Of a stretch of DNA of 64,000 nt, positions 62,297-64,000 are shown one piece after another (the stretch's first letter is position 1; each line of letters opens with the position of its first letter). Origin of the DNA: Acidobacteriota bacterium (lineage in GTDB: Bacteria > Acidobacteriota > Vicinamibacteria > Vicinamibacterales > Fen-181); contig JADGOB010000005.1 in the NCBI GenBank assembly GCA_017883185.1, positions 1,644 to 65,643 on the forward strand, in the 5' to 3' direction. A program made the translations under genes and the position numbers. Below the pieces are notes generated by a model. It saw only the letters and a list, made by a program, of their open reading frames with translations, searched no databases and was not told the DNA's origin.

Positions 62297-63744
62297 TTCG
62301 ACGCATCAGCCAGTCCTGCATGTTCGACAAGCTCCACGAAGAGTGCGGCGTCTTCGGCATCTTCGGTCACCCCGAAGCCTCGAAGATGGCCTATCTGGGC
62401 CTCTACGCGCTGCAGCACCGCGGCCAGGAGAGCGCCGGCATCGCCGCGTCGGACGGTGAGCGGCTGATCGCATACCGTGCCATGGGGCACGTTGCCGACG
62501 TGTTCACCGAGGCCGAACTCGCGCGCCTCCAGGGCCGCCTCGCCGTCGGCCACGTCCGCTACTCGACGGCCGGCGCCAGCAAGTTGATCAACGCGCAGCC
62601 GATGCTCATCGACTGCCAGCACGGCCAGATCGCGCTCTGCCACAACGGGAACCTGGTCAACGCGTCCGAGTTGCGCGAGGCGCTGAGCCGCGGCGGCGCG
62701 ATCTTCCAGACCAGCAGCGACTCCGAGGTCATCCTTCACCTGTACGCCCGGTCGCAGGCGGCCCATGTCGAAGAGGCCATCATCGAATCGCTGTCGCAGA
62801 TCCGCGGCGCGTTCTCGCTGGTGCTGGCCACCGCGGACCGCCTGATTGCCGTCCGAGACCCGCACGGGTTCCGCCCGCTGGCGATCGGCCGCCTGGGAGA
62901 GGCGACGGTCGTGGCGTCGGAAACGTGCGCGATGGATCTGATCGACGCCACGTGGGTGCGCGACGTCGAGCCTGGAGAGATTGTCGTGATCGATGCCTCG
63001 GGCCTGCGATCGATCAAGCCGTTCGCCCCGGCGGCGATCTCGCAGTGCGTGTTCGAGCACGTCTACTTCGCGCGTCCCGACAGCTACGTCTTTGGCGAGA
63101 GCGTGAATGCGGTCCGCATGACCTTCGGCCGCCTCCTTGCGCGCGAGTCGCCCGCAGAGGCCGACGTCGTCGTCCCCGTGCCCGACTCGGGTGTCTGCGC
63201 GGCAACCGGCTACGCCGAGGAAGCGGGCCTCCCGCTTCGCATGGGTCTCATCCGCAATCACTACGTGGGGCGGACCTTCATCGAGCCGCAGCAGTCGATC
63301 CGCCACTTCGGCGTGAAGGTGAAGCTCAACCCCGTCCGCAGCGTCCTCGACGGCCAGCGCGTCGTCCTCGTCGATGACTCGATCGTGCGCGGCACGACAT
63401 CGAAGAAGATCGTCAGGATGATCAAGGCGGCCGGGGCGCGCGAGGTGCACGTGCGCATCAGCTGCCCGCCGACGATCTCGCCGTGCTACTACGGTGTGGA
63501 CACGCCGCGGCGGTCAGAGCTGATTGCGGCCACGCACACGCTCGAGGAGATCCGGAAGTACCTGGAGGCGGACTCGCTCTGCTACCTGAGCCTCGAGGGG
63601 CTGCTCGTCGGCGTGAACTCGCACCGATCGCAGTACTGCACGTCGTGCTACACGGGCCACTACCCGGTGCCGTTCCCGAAGGACCAGGCGTCACAGTTGC
63701 CGTTGCCGCTGAAACTCGTGCCGCCCTCGAGCCACGAGCCGTGA
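62293..63744 (+). CDS. purF: amidophosphoribosyltransferase
   Basis: Real part of ORF 61309..63744. It has an ATGA overlap with pur[18 protein letters not shown] is the Ntn Cys motif, followed by [17 protein letters not shown] and a C-terminal Cys cluster CYYGVD...CTSCYTG. Confidence 0.95.
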   Translation: MIRRISQSCMFDKLHEECGVFGIFGHPEASKMAYLGLYALQHRGQESAGIAASDGERLIAYRAMGHVADVFTEAELARLQGRLAVGHVRYSTAGASKLINAQPMLIDCQHGQIALCHNGNLVNASELREALSRGGAIFQTSSDSEVILHLYARSQAAHVEEAIIESLSQIRGAFSLVLATADRLIAVRDPHGFRPLAIGRLGEATVVASETCAMDLIDATWVRDVEPGEIVVIDASGLRSIKPFAPAAISQCVFEHVYFARPDSYVFGESVNAVRMTFGRLLARESPAEADVVVPVPDSGVCAATGYAEEAGLPLRMGLIRNHYVGRTFIEPQQSIRHFGVKVKLNPVRSVLDGQRVVLVDDSIVRGTTSKKIVRMIKAAGAREVHVRISCPPTISPCYYGVDTPRRSELIAATHTLEEIRKYLEADSLCYLSLEGLLVGVNSHRSQYCTSCYTGHYPVPFPKDQASQLPLPLKLVPPSSHEP

Positions 63745-63777
63745 TCGCCACCCTTCGCTCCCTGATCCCTGGCCCCT

Positions 63778-64000
63778 ATGGACTACAAATCCTCCGGCGT
63801 TGACATCGATGCGGGCCACGAGGTGGTCCGTCGCATCAAGAGGCTCGCCCGCTCGACGTTCACCCCCGGAGTCCTGTCCGACATCGGATCGTTCGGCGGG
63901 TTGTTCCGCCTGGAGCCCGGCCGCTTCGCCGACCCGGTGATGGTCGCGAGCGCCGACGGCGTGGGGACCAAGCTCGAGGTGGCGTTCATGGCCAATCGCC
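63778..64000 (+). CDS. purM: phosphoribosylformylglycinamidine cyclo-ligase (N-terminal part; runs off the right edge)
   Basis: My translation reads MDYKSSGVDIDAGHEVVRRIKRLARSTFTPGVLSDIGSFGGLF...ASADGVGTKLEVAF. It is absent from the ORF track because it is open at the window edge. Confidence 0.85.
   Translation, partial: MDYKSSGVDIDAGHEVVRRIKRLARSTFTPGVLSDIGSFGGLFRLEPGRFADPVMVASADGVGTKLEVAFMANR

Overview
Visibly GC-rich bacterial chromosomal segment. The lineage is probably Acidobacteria: a PadR regulator is translationally coupled to an ADOP-type (acidobacterial duplicated orphan permease) N-terminus, and there are PEGA, BON and CarboxypepD_reg proteins. I support about 50 protein genes and found no rRNA, tRNA, CRISPR array, transposase or phage genes. 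Most content is core metabolism. It includes nadA (partial); an aminotransferase and malQ; DUF1015-serA-serC; an argF-arcC-(ATCase-like)-rocD-GTPase cluster; pcnB and polA; an OmpR-type two-component pair; a ZIP transporter and a porin; inositol-3-phosphate synthase; three ABC ATPases without permeases; glgC; a PDZ/GAF/PAS sensor kinase with a sigma54-type response regulator; a STAS / DPPR-synthase-like / four-glycosyltransferase operon; rpsU; and purD, purE, purB, purF, purM with mtaB, rlmN and an M16 peptidase. Many long ORFs in the track are antisense or out-of-frame shadows typical of high-GC DNA, and I trimmed many listed starts. The most interesting signals are non-coding or subtle. (1) A 68-nt element bounded by inverted repeats occurs twice, each time just upstream of a start codon. 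(2) Short imperfect tandem repeats of period 7-9 nt pervade intergenic and 3'-flank regions. (3) An ATCase-family gene inside the carbamoyl-phosphate/ornithine cluster carries substitutions at two residues that are catalytic in canonical ATCase. (4) A STAS-led glycan operon combines a mycobacterial-type polyprenyl-phosphate phosphoribosyltransferase homologue with two pairs of paralogous GT4 genes. All calls rest on reading the translations and the DNA by eye; no searches were run.
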